Positions 1-9,998 of a stretch of DNA of 64,000 nt are shown in pieces. The position numbers and the translations under genes are program-made. This DNA is from Planctomycetota bacterium (GTDB lineage: Bacteria > Planctomycetota > SZUA-567 > H5-PLA8): contig BTVV01000006.1 in assembly GCA_045863855.1 (NCBI GenBank), positions 9,216 to 73,215 on the forward strand, given 5' to 3'. The notes below the pieces were generated by a model. That model was not told the origin of the DNA, did no database searches, and saw nothing but the letters and a program-made list of their open reading frames with translations. Each line of letters begins with the position of its first letter. Position 1 is the stretch's first letter.

Positions 1-895
1 CCAGAAAAACGGCACTGCCGCCCAAGGTTCCCGAAAGCTCATCCACCTCGAAGGTGTAGGTAGCCGAACCGTTCAAACCCGAGTGAATGCCCGACGCATT
101 GGGAGTAATGAAGCCCGCAAAATTGGAAGCATCCCCGACGCTGATGGGAGTAAAGGTCGTGCTCAACGAGCCGCCGCCGAAGCGGTCGCCGCCGTTGGCG
201 TGAAGCTGGTATTGGTACGGGCTGCGCTGCAAGCCCGTAGGCAGGTCGTTCATCAACATGTCCGCGCTGCTGTCCGTCGGAAAGGCAATCGGGGGCGGGA
301 AGCGCACGCCTCCGCTGCCCACCGTGGAAGGGGTGACAACGTTGGTTGCGTCTTCGATGAAGGGCAACCCGCCTTCAAGGATGGGTTCAACGGTCATGCA
401 GTAGATGATGTCTTCGAGGTTCTTGGCCAACGGATCGGGATTCTGATCTTCCACACGAATGGTGAACATCACGTCATTCACGGGAAGGCAACTGGCATCG
501 TAATCCGCATACAAAATGGCACCGTCGTGGACCTCCGGCGTGGGAGCGCGCAGAATACCGGTCAAAATTCCCGTGGCACTGTCGATGGATAAGGTGCAGT
601 TGTCGGGAAGCGGAGCGACCGTCGAAAACTCGTAGGGCGGATAACCGTCCCGTACGTTGATGCGCCGCGTAAATTGCCGATTGACCACCGCATCGCCCAA
701 GTCGTAGCAAGCCGGGAGCGTATCGGTGTCCGATCCCGTGATGACCACAAACTCAGGCAACGTGCAGGTCGGAGGATCCTCAATTGCCCGCCCGCCCACC
801 TCGGGCGTGGCCAGCGCATAAGTGAAGCCCAGCGCCGCCAGGAGCACGCCCATGGCCAAAGGTGCGCTGGCCCGGTTCAGAATGGCTTTTAACAT
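1..895 (-). CDS. Hypothetical secreted protein, partial (C-terminus beyond window edge). N-terminus MLKAILNRASAPLAMGVLLAALGFTYALA has a signal peptide; the remainder is Thr/Ser/Gly-rich
   Basis: Reverse-strand frame starts at ATG 895-893 and is open to position 1. It is absent from the ORF track only because no stop lies inside the window. An SD-like GGGAGGA sits ~11 nt upstream, and an in-frame stop lies upstream at 985-983. The overlapping plus-strand ORF 83..592 has no protein-like features. Confidence 0.45.
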   Translation of the reverse strand, partial: MLKAILNRASAPLAMGVLLAALGFTYALATPEVGGRAIEDPPTCTLPEFVVITGSDTDTLPACYDLGDAVVNRQFTRRINVRDGYPPYEFSTVAPLPDNCTLSIDSATGILTGILRAPTPEVHDGAILYADYDASCLPVNDVMFTIRVEDQNPDPLAKNLEDIIYCMTVEPILEGGLPFIEDATNVVTPSTVGSGGVRFPPPIAFPTDSSADMLMNDLPTGLQRSPYQYQLHANGGDRFGGGSLSTTFTPISVGDASNFAGFITPNASGIHSGLNGSATYTFEVDELSGTLGGSAVFL

Positions 896-1243
896 CTTCA
901 AAACGTCCTCCCGTAGGGGTTACGGCGCCTGGCGACAAATCGCACAGACTTTCTCGTAGCCCTTAAGAGTAAACAACTTAGCTCAAGATAGCTCTTGTAG
1001 TCACTGCCACCAGTCCTGTCAAGCCTGCGCCCGGCAAGACGGCTTGGCGACCAGAGCTAGAGCATGCAGAACACCCCCGCGCAGGTTCGGCTCTGCACCT
1101 GGGGAACCCCCGCTCCCAGGTTCTGTGCAGCCTAGACCCGATTGAGCTTGAATCCCTAGATGATTTCTCGGCGATTTTCGGCTGGAGCGATATTGGAAAT
1201 CTTTGCACTAGAGCAAGTTCTGTTAATCGTGCTGCACGTAGGC

Positions 1244-4138
1244 TCAGCGTGCGGCTGGTTCGGGTTGCACAAGCGCAGGCTCTGCGGGCGCAGACGGGGC
1301 GCTCACGGGAGTGGGCTCCAATCGAATGTCGCTGTCCAGCTCAGATAGCAAGAGCCGCCAAAACCCAAAAACGGAGCGTTTGGCAAGTTCGTCGACCAGT
1401 TTGCCCTCGCGGTCGGTCTGGAGGCCGCCTAAGGCTTTCTGCACCTTCGGATCTTCGAAAGGCTTACGCAGCAGCGGCTGATAGCCATGGGCGTGAAAGA
1501 GCAACGCGCCGGCAGCCTGGAAGCGCACGTCGAACCGGCCGTCCGGACCGATCGGCACCTCACGCGTGGGCACGCCCGGCTCCAGGACGCAAACACGGCC
1601 TTTCAAAGGCGTTCCGGCCGGATCGCGCAAAACGCCACGCGCTCGGCATTGCGCCGGCTGGGGCCTTTCGCGTCCGCGGGAATCGAAGTAAATCGGGTTC
1701 GTCCAGGCGTCGCGCACGACTTCCTGGTGCTGGCCGCTGGTTTCCACCGCGCGCACGACGTACCACGCGTTGTGTTCTTCGCGGAACGGAAAGCGGAAGT
1801 CCTGGAGCAGCGTCAAACCTTCGGTCACTTTTTCGTTATGCAGGATTACGCCGTTACGCAGGATCTCGATCCGGTCCAAGCGTGCGCCTTGGGCCAACGA
1901 CGCGTAAGCCTGGATCTGAAGCTGCAGCGGACGCCCGTCCGCGGGCAGGCGGTCACCGGGTCCGCGGTCGCGTTCGAAGACTTTGACGAAGAGCGCCGGC
2001 CCGAAGCTGACCGTCGCATGACCTCCGCGCAGCGCCGCGACGACTTTATCCCGAGTGGGCAGGCCGTCCATGTGCACGAAGGTCTGGCCGTACGGCACGC
2101 GCCCGGCTTCCAGGCTGCCGCCCGACGCCCCTACGATGGAGACGGTGTAGCCTTCGTCGAGCAGATTGAACCAAATGCGCCTGGCGCTCTCCGAACCGTC
2201 GAAGGCCAAAGCGTCGTAGGCCGGACCGGTGACCGTGGCGAAAGGCAACTCCGTGGGCGCGTACAGCCGCGCGGAGCGGTCGGTAGTCCGGTAATAGCCG
2301 TCTTCGGCCAGGCGCGGGAGCAGCGGTAAAATCGCGCGCTGCGGATCGACCGAACGCAAGCCCGTCAGGTCGGTAAAGACCGTCAGCGCGCCACGGCTGC
2401 GCAGGTCTTCGAGGTGATCGCGCAGGGACTGGCGCGGATCGTTCAGGTGCGGCGGCAAGTCGTTCCAACCGGTCATGCCGACGCCAAGCACATTGCCGCA
2501 GAATGGATGCCGCGGGCCGCGGAACGCCGGAAGCAGGAGCAGCCGAGGGCCTTGCAGTTCGTCGAAGAAATCCAGCAGCTCATGCGGCGGATGCTGGTTT
2601 TCGTCGAGCCCCCAAGGCTGCGCGGCGCCCAGGATCTGGACGCCTTCGGCGTACGCGGCGAGGACCGCGTCGGCCAAGTTGGGGCGCTTGCCGCCCCAGA
2701 CCACGCGGTCTCCCCGGTCGGCGTTGAGTGCCAGATTCAAATCGGCGAGGTACCAGCCTTGGAACGCGAAATCCATATGCCGCGGCCGCGCCAAGACGGC
2801 TTCCACGGTCGCCACTTTTCCGGCTTCCACTTCCAGGCCCTTCAGGAAGGTCGAACGATACCGCCCGGCACTGACTTCGATCCGCACTTTGCCCGAAGCC
2901 ACCGGCACGCGGAACTGCCCGTTGCACCAGAAGCCCACGCCCGGCAGCGGCGCGCCGACGGCCAGATCGCTGGCATCGACGATCTTCACCCGGGCGGGAA
3001 TCGGTTGCCGCGTTTCCTGGTCCAGCACCACGCCTTGCAGGATGCCGCGGGGGCGGTCCTGCAGGAAAAACTGCAACGCGCGCAGCGCCTGCGGGTCGTC
3101 GGTCTCGATGTATTCGCCTTCATCTTCGGCCGTCGTACCGCGTTCGCCGGTTAACGCATCAGGCACGCTCGGCGGACCCGACGAAGGCTTATCGGGCGTG
3201 CGCTCTTTGAGCATCTGTTTGTTGTGTTCGATCACCTTCAGCAGCGAGCTGAGCCGGTCGTCCAGCTCTTCGCTGTTCTTCACGGGGCCCTTGCGCTGCT
3301 CCTGCTTCAGAATCTCGCTCAACGAGGGCGGGGTAGGCAGTTCCTCTTTGGGCTCGAGTTTGCGCTTGGGCGGCTTCCTGAGCGCAGCCTCCGCCTCGAT
3401 CTCGCCGCCGGTTCCTCGCGGAGCTGGCGTTGGGCCTGGCTGCGCGCCGGCGGCGGGCGGCGTTTCGGCCGGAACGGATAACGGCCGGGCCAGGGGCGTC
3501 GCGCCCACTTGCGCGCGCGGGTCGTCTAAGCCTTCACCCCAAGCAAATCGCGGGCGGTCCACGTCACGCGCGGTGGGCGCGCCGGCTGCCGGCGTAAGCG
3601 CGCGCAGCAGCGTCGGAATCGAACCCGCATCGGCCGGCCACGAGCGTGCGAATTCCGGATCGCCGCGGCGCGGCGCGAAACCGCTCGCGACTGGCGCTTC
3701 GCGGCGTTCGGCGTCCGGAGCTTCGCGTGCCGTGTCCAAAGGAAAGCTACGCCGAAATTCGGGATCGCCCGGACGAGGTCCCATGCGCGGCGCCGGCGAG
3801 GCGGGCGCCTCTTCTTCCGACATACTCCACGCGCGCTTGGCGGTCTGGGCCGGAACCAACCATTCGCCGTTCTCGCCCATTTCCAACACTTCGGCTGGTG
3901 GAAGCGGAACGGGAGGCGCGGGCGTCACCGGCGGCGTCACCGGCTTGGGCGGTTCGGGCGGCTTTTCTTGGTCGCCAGGAACGCGGGGCTCGGCTCCGGA
4001 TTCCGCGCGGACCAACCGCACCGGCGCTTCGCCGCCTGCGACCGGTACGTGCACCGCGCACGCCAGCACCCATGCCCAGATCCAACAGGCCGGCCAGTGA
4101 CTCTCGCGAGCGACGTTTAAGCGCACAAGCGGCTCCAC
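1244..4138 (-). CDS. Large secreted hypothetical protein (964 aa). It has an N-terminal signal peptide, a Pro-rich linker and a C-terminal carboxypeptidase-regulatory-like beta-sandwich region; the central domain is unassigned
   Basis: Long ORF with protein-like composition. Hydrophobic N-terminus (ACWIWAWVLACAVHVPVAGG) followed by PEPPKPVTPPVTPAPPVPLPP. No motif I can name with confidence. Confidence 0.6.
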   Translation of the reverse strand: MEPLVRLNVARESHWPACWIWAWVLACAVHVPVAGGEAPVRLVRAESGAEPRVPGDQEKPPEPPKPVTPPVTPAPPVPLPPAEVLEMGENGEWLVPAQTAKRAWSMSEEEAPASPAPRMGPRPGDPEFRRSFPLDTAREAPDAERREAPVASGFAPRRGDPEFARSWPADAGSIPTLLRALTPAAGAPTARDVDRPRFAWGEGLDDPRAQVGATPLARPLSVPAETPPAAGAQPGPTPAPRGTGGEIEAEAALRKPPKRKLEPKEELPTPPSLSEILKQEQRKGPVKNSEELDDRLSSLLKVIEHNKQMLKERTPDKPSSGPPSVPDALTGERGTTAEDEGEYIETDDPQALRALQFFLQDRPRGILQGVVLDQETRQPIPARVKIVDASDLAVGAPLPGVGFWCNGQFRVPVASGKVRIEVSAGRYRSTFLKGLEVEAGKVATVEAVLARPRHMDFAFQGWYLADLNLALNADRGDRVVWGGKRPNLADAVLAAYAEGVQILGAAQPWGLDENQHPPHELLDFFDELQGPRLLLLPAFRGPRHPFCGNVLGVGMTGWNDLPPHLNDPRQSLRDHLEDLRSRGALTVFTDLTGLRSVDPQRAILPLLPRLAEDGYYRTTDRSARLYAPTELPFATVTGPAYDALAFDGSESARRIWFNLLDEGYTVSIVGASGGSLEAGRVPYGQTFVHMDGLPTRDKVVAALRGGHATVSFGPALFVKVFERDRGPGDRLPADGRPLQLQIQAYASLAQGARLDRIEILRNGVILHNEKVTEGLTLLQDFRFPFREEHNAWYVVRAVETSGQHQEVVRDAWTNPIYFDSRGRERPQPAQCRARGVLRDPAGTPLKGRVCVLEPGVPTREVPIGPDGRFDVRFQAAGALLFHAHGYQPLLRKPFEDPKVQKALGGLQTDREGKLVDELAKRSVFGFWRLLLSELDSDIRLEPTPVSAPSAPAEPALVQPEPAAR

Positions 4139-4247
4139 CGACCGGATCGATGCAACCCCTTGATTCTAAGGCCGTTGCAGCAACAAACAAGGGGCTGGTT
4201 CGAGACCCTATTAAGACGCTTGAAGCCGCGCGCATAAGCCGTCAATT

Positions 4248-4931
4248 TTACGCCGCCGCCGGTATGCGCAGCGTTGCCGGCATGACTTGCGGCGTGAGCA
4301 CGCCCAGCGAAAGATATACCTTCATCAGATCGTCCACGCTCATCTCGGGGATGATTTGAACCGAGTCCTTCGGCGCGAAGATCAACCCGCCGGACATCGG
4401 CACTGGGCTGGTCGGTACGTACACGAGCAGCATCTCCTGCCCGCCCATGCGGTAGGTTTCCCGGTTGGCCAGCAGTCCCAGGAATCCCGCACTGCCTCCG
4501 GCTCCGAAAGTGCACGTACAGACGCTCATCTTGGCGAGGTCCTGTTCGCCGCTGCCTTTCATCAGGCCTACCACCTGGCTGACCGGCTTGTAGATGCTGC
4601 GAAAGATGGGGATCCGGTTGAGCAGGCCGTTAAAGATCGCCTCCAATTCGTGCCGCGCGAAGGTTCGGAACAACATACCCACCAGCCAGACGGCCACAAT
4701 CACGCACGCCCAGCCCATCAAAGCGGCCAAGGTATTGTGCTCGACGAATCGTTCGCCGAAACCGCGGATAAATTCTCCGACCGGCGTGCCTTTGCCAAAG
4801 AGGCCGCGTACCTGCTCCACCGCCCAGGCCATCAAGCCGATGGTGATCGCGATCGGCAGAAGCACCAGCGCGCCGGCGACGAAGTTATTCAGGACGCCGT
4901 GGGTCCAGAGCCAGTTGAAGAATCGAACCAT
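4248..4931 (-). CDS. DUF502-family membrane protein
   Basis: 227 aa with two N-terminal TM helices followed by a soluble domain (YVPTSPVPMSGGLIFAPKDSV), the architecture typical of DUF502. Confidence 0.6.
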   Translation of the reverse strand: MVRFFNWLWTHGVLNNFVAGALVLLPIAITIGLMAWAVEQVRGLFGKGTPVGEFIRGFGERFVEHNTLAALMGWACVIVAVWLVGMLFRTFARHELEAIFNGLLNRIPIFRSIYKPVSQVVGLMKGSGEQDLAKMSVCTCTFGAGGSAGFLGLLANRETYRMGGQEMLLVYVPTSPVPMSGGLIFAPKDSVQIIPEMSVDDLMKVYLSLGVLTPQVMPATLRIPAAA

Positions 4932-4994
4932 GTGCGCCTCCCCGAAGAACCGTACCGGTCCGGGCGCTGACGGAATTCGCCCGGCCGGGCGGCT

Positions 4995-6389
4995 TCAATT
5001 AAGCAATTTCTGGAAAGCCTTTACGGCTTCCTGGGCGCCCAGGAAACCAAAAAAGAGGAGCGTCAGTCCCAGTAAGAGGTTGATTACCCAGCCGCTTTTG
5101 AATCGATCGCCCACCCAGTCGCGCCGGTTGTTGAGGATCAGCAGCGTCAGAGCCAATAGCGGCATGAAGAACGCGCCGAAGATAGCGTACAAAAGCTGGA
5201 TGCGTTTGACCGGGAGCCACAACAAGACCATGGGCAAGAGCGCCAACGCGACCAAGTAGAATTTGTACTCCCGCGTCTTCGCCAGATCGACTTTTTCCTG
5301 CGCCGCCGAACGACCGCGGCAGAGCAGCACGAAGTCGGCGAAAAGATACGGTACGCCCTGCCAGACACCCAGCAGGCTGGAGAAGACCGCGCCCCAGAAC
5401 CCGAGCAAAAAGATCCAGCGACCCCACGGCCCCATCACCTCGCTCAGCCGACCGGCCAGGATGGGCGCGTAATCGTCGCCCTGTCCATCGAGCTTCAGCC
5501 CGCTGCCCAGGCTGATCATGGCCATCCCGAAGAGGGCGGTCAGAAGATAGCCCACGCCGAGGTCGAGCCGGCAGGCGCGCACGCCTGCCACGCCTTCGCG
5601 CCGCTCTTCGCGAATCCAGTAGCCGTAGCATAGGAGCGTGGCCGTCCCGCCCACGCCGCCCAGGACGCCCAGCACCCAGCCTAGGCTGGTCGAGAAGTCC
5701 GTGCCCGATCCGCTGCTGGGAATCCGGGGCACGAGAATGCCTTGAAGTACGGCGCTGGGATCGGGCTTCGCAAGTACCGCCGTGAGCAACACCGTGCCGA
5801 ACATGACCGCGATGCAGACGGCCATCGCAATCTCGAAGACCTTGAACCCGCCGAACCAGACCAGCAGAAGTCCCGCGAGGCTGTGCCCAATGCCCCAGAC
5901 AATCTTGTCCCGCCGCGCCGCGTCGCGCCGGGCAGCCTCTTCGCGAGAAGAAAGGCTGCCTTCGGACTCCCCTTCGCGCGCGACGACGGGCTCGGGTGCG
6001 TGCAGCGGCATCAGCCCGTGCCCGGCCACGCCGCAGCCGGACATCATCGCCGCACCGGTAAAGAACGACCACAGGAGGAGGTACGCGCCAAAGACCCAGC
6101 GAATCCAGCGCCCCAGCTTCTGGACCCAGCCTTCGAGCAGGGTCGTGCCCGTGGCCATCTGCCAGCGCGCGAGCCCTTCGTTCAGCACCCACTTCAGGAT
6201 CGCGCCGTACAACGCCGCCCAGAGGATGGCGAGTCCGAGCTTGGAACCGGCAAAGCCGGCGGTGAGCAAGTCGCCGCTGCCGACACCGGTAGCCGCCACC
6301 AGGATGCCCGGAAGGAGCATGGCGAGGCGAAAGCGGGGACGCTGGGCTTCGTGCAGGGACGGTTCCGGGGTATGCGCGGGCGCATTCAT
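4995..6389 (-). CDS. Polytopic membrane transporter, NRAMP-like (distant) divalent-metal transporter family
   Basis: 464 aa with ~11 hydrophobic segments and an MPLH motif reminiscent of the NRAMP TM6 MPH. The alternative frame 4999..6408 is Arg-rich low-complexity and was rejected. Confidence 0.45.
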   Translation of the reverse strand: MNAPAHTPEPSLHEAQRPRFRLAMLLPGILVAATGVGSGDLLTAGFAGSKLGLAILWAALYGAILKWVLNEGLARWQMATGTTLLEGWVQKLGRWIRWVFGAYLLLWSFFTGAAMMSGCGVAGHGLMPLHAPEPVVAREGESEGSLSSREEAARRDAARRDKIVWGIGHSLAGLLLVWFGGFKVFEIAMAVCIAVMFGTVLLTAVLAKPDPSAVLQGILVPRIPSSGSGTDFSTSLGWVLGVLGGVGGTATLLCYGYWIREERREGVAGVRACRLDLGVGYLLTALFGMAMISLGSGLKLDGQGDDYAPILAGRLSEVMGPWGRWIFLLGFWGAVFSSLLGVWQGVPYLFADFVLLCRGRSAAQEKVDLAKTREYKFYLVALALLPMVLLWLPVKRIQLLYAIFGAFFMPLLALTLLILNNRRDWVGDRFKSGWVINLLLGLTLLFFGFLGAQEAVKAFQKLLN

Positions 6390-6487
6390 GGGATCTCAGC
6401 CTATCCACCGCGTTCGAGCGCGCGCCAAGAAAAAGGGCGGGCCTGGCTGGCCCGCCCTCCTTAGGACGCGTACTCGAACGGCGTGGC

Positions 6488-9400
6488 TTACACGTGGGCG
6501 TTGTCCGCCGTCGCCGTCTTGGCCGGAGCGGAGGCGCGAACCGCCGCCATCGAACCCGAACCGAACCGTTCCAGCCACCACTTCGTCGCCGGAGCGGCCA
6601 CGAAGATCGAGCTGTAACAGCCGACGAAGATGCCGACGATGAACGGGAACGAAAGGTCCCGGATCGTCGGACCGCCCAGGATAAAGAGAGAAAGCGTCGC
6701 GAGCATCGTCGTGCCCGCCGTGATCAGCGTGCGCGTCAACGTCTGGTTCGTCGCTTCGTTGATGATTTCGCCCATATCCCGCGTGGGATGCTGCGACTTG
6801 ATTTCGCGGATACGGTCGAAGATCACGATCGTGTCGTTCACGGAGTAACCGATAATCGTCAGGATCGCGGCGACCATGTTCAGGTCCAGCAGGACCGGCA
6901 GGATGCCGGTGGCGTTGACGAGGCAGACGGCGCCGATGGTGACCGCGGCGTCGTGGAAAAGAGCCAAGCTGGCTCCGAAGCCCCAGGCGCCGCTGAACTC
7001 GAAGCGGAACCACAGGTACATGAAGATGCCGGCCAGCGCGGCCAGCAGCGCGACAAAGGCATCGCGGCGCATTTCGCCCGAGACCTGGCCGCCGTACTGC
7101 GTCTTGCGCCCGATCGCGCCTTCGACGCGGTGTTTGATGCTTGCCGAACGCAGCGCGCCCAGCACGCGCTGAAGCTCCAGCGCGTCCTCCGGCACGGGGG
7201 TCAACTCGACATACGCCCGCGTGCGGCCCACGGCTTCGTCGGCGACCGCCGCTCCGGCCTTCAGAGCTTGCAGCGTCTTTTTTACTTCCTGGTTTTCAGG
7301 TTCCTGCGCTACGGCTGCGACGGCCTTCTCGACCTCGGCCTTCAACTGCTCGTCGCTGGCATTCTGCTCGGAGTCCTTGTCGAAGCGGTCGAGCCGGATG
7401 CGGATGGCCTTGTGCTCCACCACTTCCACCGCGCGCGGCTCCAGCGGGCCTTTGAAGGCTTCCAGCAGCCGTTCGCCCAGCACTTCAATCACGGCCGCTT
7501 GGGTCACCCGCGTAGTGAGTGTGAAGCTCTTGTAGGTGTTGGTCCCTTCCTTCGGCGTACCGAACGGCTGCGCGTCCAGACGCACGGCGTCCCAGTCTTT
7601 AAGCACCTCCCCAATGCCGCCCGCCACTTCGAGCAGGCCTTCGGGTGTGATCTCCGAGCTGAGGCTGAACTGCGTCGTGCCCAGCACGGGCAGTTCCTTG
7701 ACCAGCGCTTCGCGCAGGTCGTGCCCCTTCTTGCCCGAAGCGGCCAGCGCTTCCAGCTTGCCCTTCGCCGCGTCCAGGTCGGCCCGAACCGTTTCGCGCA
7801 GCGTCTCCTCTACCGTCTTTTCGACACTGGCCCGGTCCTGCTCCTGTCCTTGGGCGAAATTGAACTGGATTAACGTTCCGCCCGTGAAATCCAGGTCGTA
7901 AATCTTGTTGCTGACGACGCCCATCATGACGAATCCCGCCAGCGAGAGCCCCACCAGCGACATCGAACCCACGATCCACGGCTTGCTCATGCCCATGTAA
8001 TCGAGATTCGGGTTCTTCATCATCTGCATCATGGGCAGACTCTCGATGGCATCGCGGGAGACCAGCCAGTCGAAAACTTGCCGGCAGATCCACAGGTTGG
8101 CCAGGATCGTGACCAAGATGCCCAAGGACAGCGTGACGGCGAAGCCGCGCACCGGTCCGGTGCCCAGGTAGTAGAGGATGATGCCGGAGAGCAGCGTGGT
8201 GAGCTGCGAGTCGAGGATCGTGACCACCGCGCGGTCGAAACCGTGTTGCACGGCCAGACGCACGGGCCTTCCGCGCGCCAATTCCTCGCGTATGCGCTCG
8301 AAGATCAGCACGTTGGCGTCGACGGCCATGCCCAGGGTGAGCAGGATACCGGCGATGCCCGGCAGGGTCATCGTGGCCTTAAAGAAGCCCAGCGCGCCCA
8401 GCAGGATGATCAGATTCAGCCCCAGGCAGACGACCGCGATGAAGCCGCTGACGCGGTAGTAGATCCAGATGAAGAACGCGACGAAGAACGCGCCCACCAG
8501 CGTCGCCAGGATGCCCGAATCGATCTGCTCGTGCCCCAGCGACGGACCGACCGTAAATTCGCTTTCCAGCACCACTTCCGCCGGCAGCGAACCCGCGTTC
8601 AGGACGTTCGAGAGTTCGCTCGCTTCTTCCTGACTGAAGTTGCCGGTAATCTGACAGCGCCCGCCCGTGATCGGCTCGTTGATGCGGGGAGCCGAGAAGC
8701 AGTTGCCGTCGAGCACGATCGCCATCTGCTCGCCCACGTTTGCCTGCGTGACCTGTCCGAAGTCCGTCGCGCCCTGCGCATCGAACTGGATATCGACCTG
8801 GAAACCGCCCTGTTCGTTGCGCGAGATGCCCGAGTGCGCGATACGCGATCCTTCCAGCATCGGCAATGCTTCGACGATGACCGGAATCCGTTCGACCTTC
8901 TTCTTGTCGTACGCGTCCTTACGCACTTCGAAGATCTGTTTGTAGCCGTCGGCTTCCTTGTCTTCCGACGCTTCCACCGCCTGAATGATCGCCTGCTGCT
9001 TGCTCGGATTCGCCACGAGGTGGAAGGTCAGACGGCCCTGCGTGCGAATGGCGCGCTTGATCTTTTCCACGTCTTCGGGGCTGGCCTTCGGCAACTGGAT
9101 GCGCAGCCGGTCGCTGCCGTACTTGGTGATGGGAATGCCTTTAGTGCCCGTCGGGTCGATACGCTTGCGCACAATGTCCGCGGCTTTCTCGGGCGCCGTG
9201 TCCTTACTCTGAGTCAGTGCGGTGATCAGGTCCTCGGTGTGGCGGAGGTCGTCGGCCTTGGCTTCACCGGTCTCCACCTTGCCGCGCAGACTGGCCACGC
9301 GCTCCTGCTCCTTGGCGATACGGCGGTCCGTCTCGCTGGTGTCCAGGCGGTAAATCAGTTCGGTGCCGCCGGCCAAGTCGATACCCATCGGGTAGATGCC

Positions 9401-9889
9401 GTTGGAACTCAGAAACCAGAAATATCCACCGAGCCCCCCGGTCATGATCATCACCAGCGCCATGCGCCAAGCCTGCTTCTGGAATAGAGGGCGGAATGCG
9501 CGGTGCAGAATGAAGATCATCGCAATCAGGCCCAACGCGCAGATCCAGGGGATCTGAGTGCTCGGCCGGATGTTCGAATCGAAGAACGCGTCGAGTTCCT
9601 TCGTATTCTGCGAATTGCGGATCTTGACGTACTCGTCCTTCTTGGAATCCGCGAGCGGCGTGTAGTACGCCTTGATCTCTTCCTTGCCCGGCGCGAGGAA
9701 GATTTCGTCCAAGCTCTGGTTGATCTGCTCCTGCGTCTCGCGGTCCTTGGCCCGGTCGTAAGCGTTGTCCACGAGCGAGACTTTGCGCCACTCGTGGAAG
9801 AGGGTGTAGGTGACCGCGCCGTAAGCGGCCGATCCGATCAGCAGCGCGATCAGGAACTGCGGCAGCAGCGACATCGTCTTGTTAGGCAT
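6488..9889 (-). CDS. secDF: Protein translocase subunit SecDF (fused SecD-SecF, 1133 aa)
   Basis: SecD signature IDLAGGTELIYRL and LTLPGIAGILLTLGMAVDANVLIFERIREE, then a SecF-like half (AWGFGASLALFHDAAVTIGAVCL ... SVNDTIVIFDRIRE). It lies downstream of yajC and tgt, the classic synteny. Confidence 0.9.
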   Translation of the reverse strand: MPNKTMSLLPQFLIALLIGSAAYGAVTYTLFHEWRKVSLVDNAYDRAKDRETQEQINQSLDEIFLAPGKEEIKAYYTPLADSKKDEYVKIRNSQNTKELDAFFDSNIRPSTQIPWICALGLIAMIFILHRAFRPLFQKQAWRMALVMIMTGGLGGYFWFLSSNGIYPMGIDLAGGTELIYRLDTSETDRRIAKEQERVASLRGKVETGEAKADDLRHTEDLITALTQSKDTAPEKAADIVRKRIDPTGTKGIPITKYGSDRLRIQLPKASPEDVEKIKRAIRTQGRLTFHLVANPSKQQAIIQAVEASEDKEADGYKQIFEVRKDAYDKKKVERIPVIVEALPMLEGSRIAHSGISRNEQGGFQVDIQFDAQGATDFGQVTQANVGEQMAIVLDGNCFSAPRINEPITGGRCQITGNFSQEEASELSNVLNAGSLPAEVVLESEFTVGPSLGHEQIDSGILATLVGAFFVAFFIWIYYRVSGFIAVVCLGLNLIILLGALGFFKATMTLPGIAGILLTLGMAVDANVLIFERIREELARGRPVRLAVQHGFDRAVVTILDSQLTTLLSGIILYYLGTGPVRGFAVTLSLGILVTILANLWICRQVFDWLVSRDAIESLPMMQMMKNPNLDYMGMSKPWIVGSMSLVGLSLAGFVMMGVVSNKIYDLDFTGGTLIQFNFAQGQEQDRASVEKTVEETLRETVRADLDAAKGKLEALAASGKKGHDLREALVKELPVLGTTQFSLSSEITPEGLLEVAGGIGEVLKDWDAVRLDAQPFGTPKEGTNTYKSFTLTTRVTQAAVIEVLGERLLEAFKGPLEPRAVEVVEHKAIRIRLDRFDKDSEQNASDEQLKAEVEKAVAAVAQEPENQEVKKTLQALKAGAAVADEAVGRTRAYVELTPVPEDALELQRVLGALRSASIKHRVEGAIGRKTQYGGQVSGEMRRDAFVALLAALAGIFMYLWFRFEFSGAWGFGASLALFHDAAVTIGAVCLVNATGILPVLLDLNMVAAILTIIGYSVNDTIVIFDRIREIKSQHPTRDMGEIINEATNQTLTRTLITAGTTMLATLSLFILGGPTIRDLSFPFIVGIFVGCYSSIFVAAPATKWWLERFGSGSMAAVRASAPAKTATADNAHV

Positions 9890-9998
9890 GACCCGTATCC
9901 TTTGTTAAAGCCGGCTTGCACGTCGAAAAGCGAATGCATCCCATCCGCGCGCTCTGCGCGGTCCTGCGCCCGATTCGATGCGGCGTGTACGGCGGTAG

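Noticed and set aside
83-592. Plus-strand 169-aa ORF at the window start
   Set aside because: It has no protein-like features and lies antisense to a minus-strand frame with a signal peptide and SD (1..895). High-GC genomes generate long spurious antisense ORFs.
4999-6408. Alternative 469-aa minus-strand ORF overlapping the membrane transporter
   Set aside because: Its translation is Arg/Gly/Pro low-complexity with no hydrophobic segments. The sibling frame 4995..6389 encodes a convincing polytopic membrane protein.
6494-9487. Long plus-strand ORFs (459 aa, 469 aa) antisense to secDF, and similar 300-770-aa antisense ORFs opposite the 1114-aa secreted protein (20713..23028), the BatA-like gene (43203..44174), the PFOR N-terminal gene (60837..62417) and the giant gene (38305..40316)
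   Set aside because: They are Arg/Ala/Gly-rich translations typical of the antisense strand of GC-rich genes. The opposite-strand genes have strong homology signatures.
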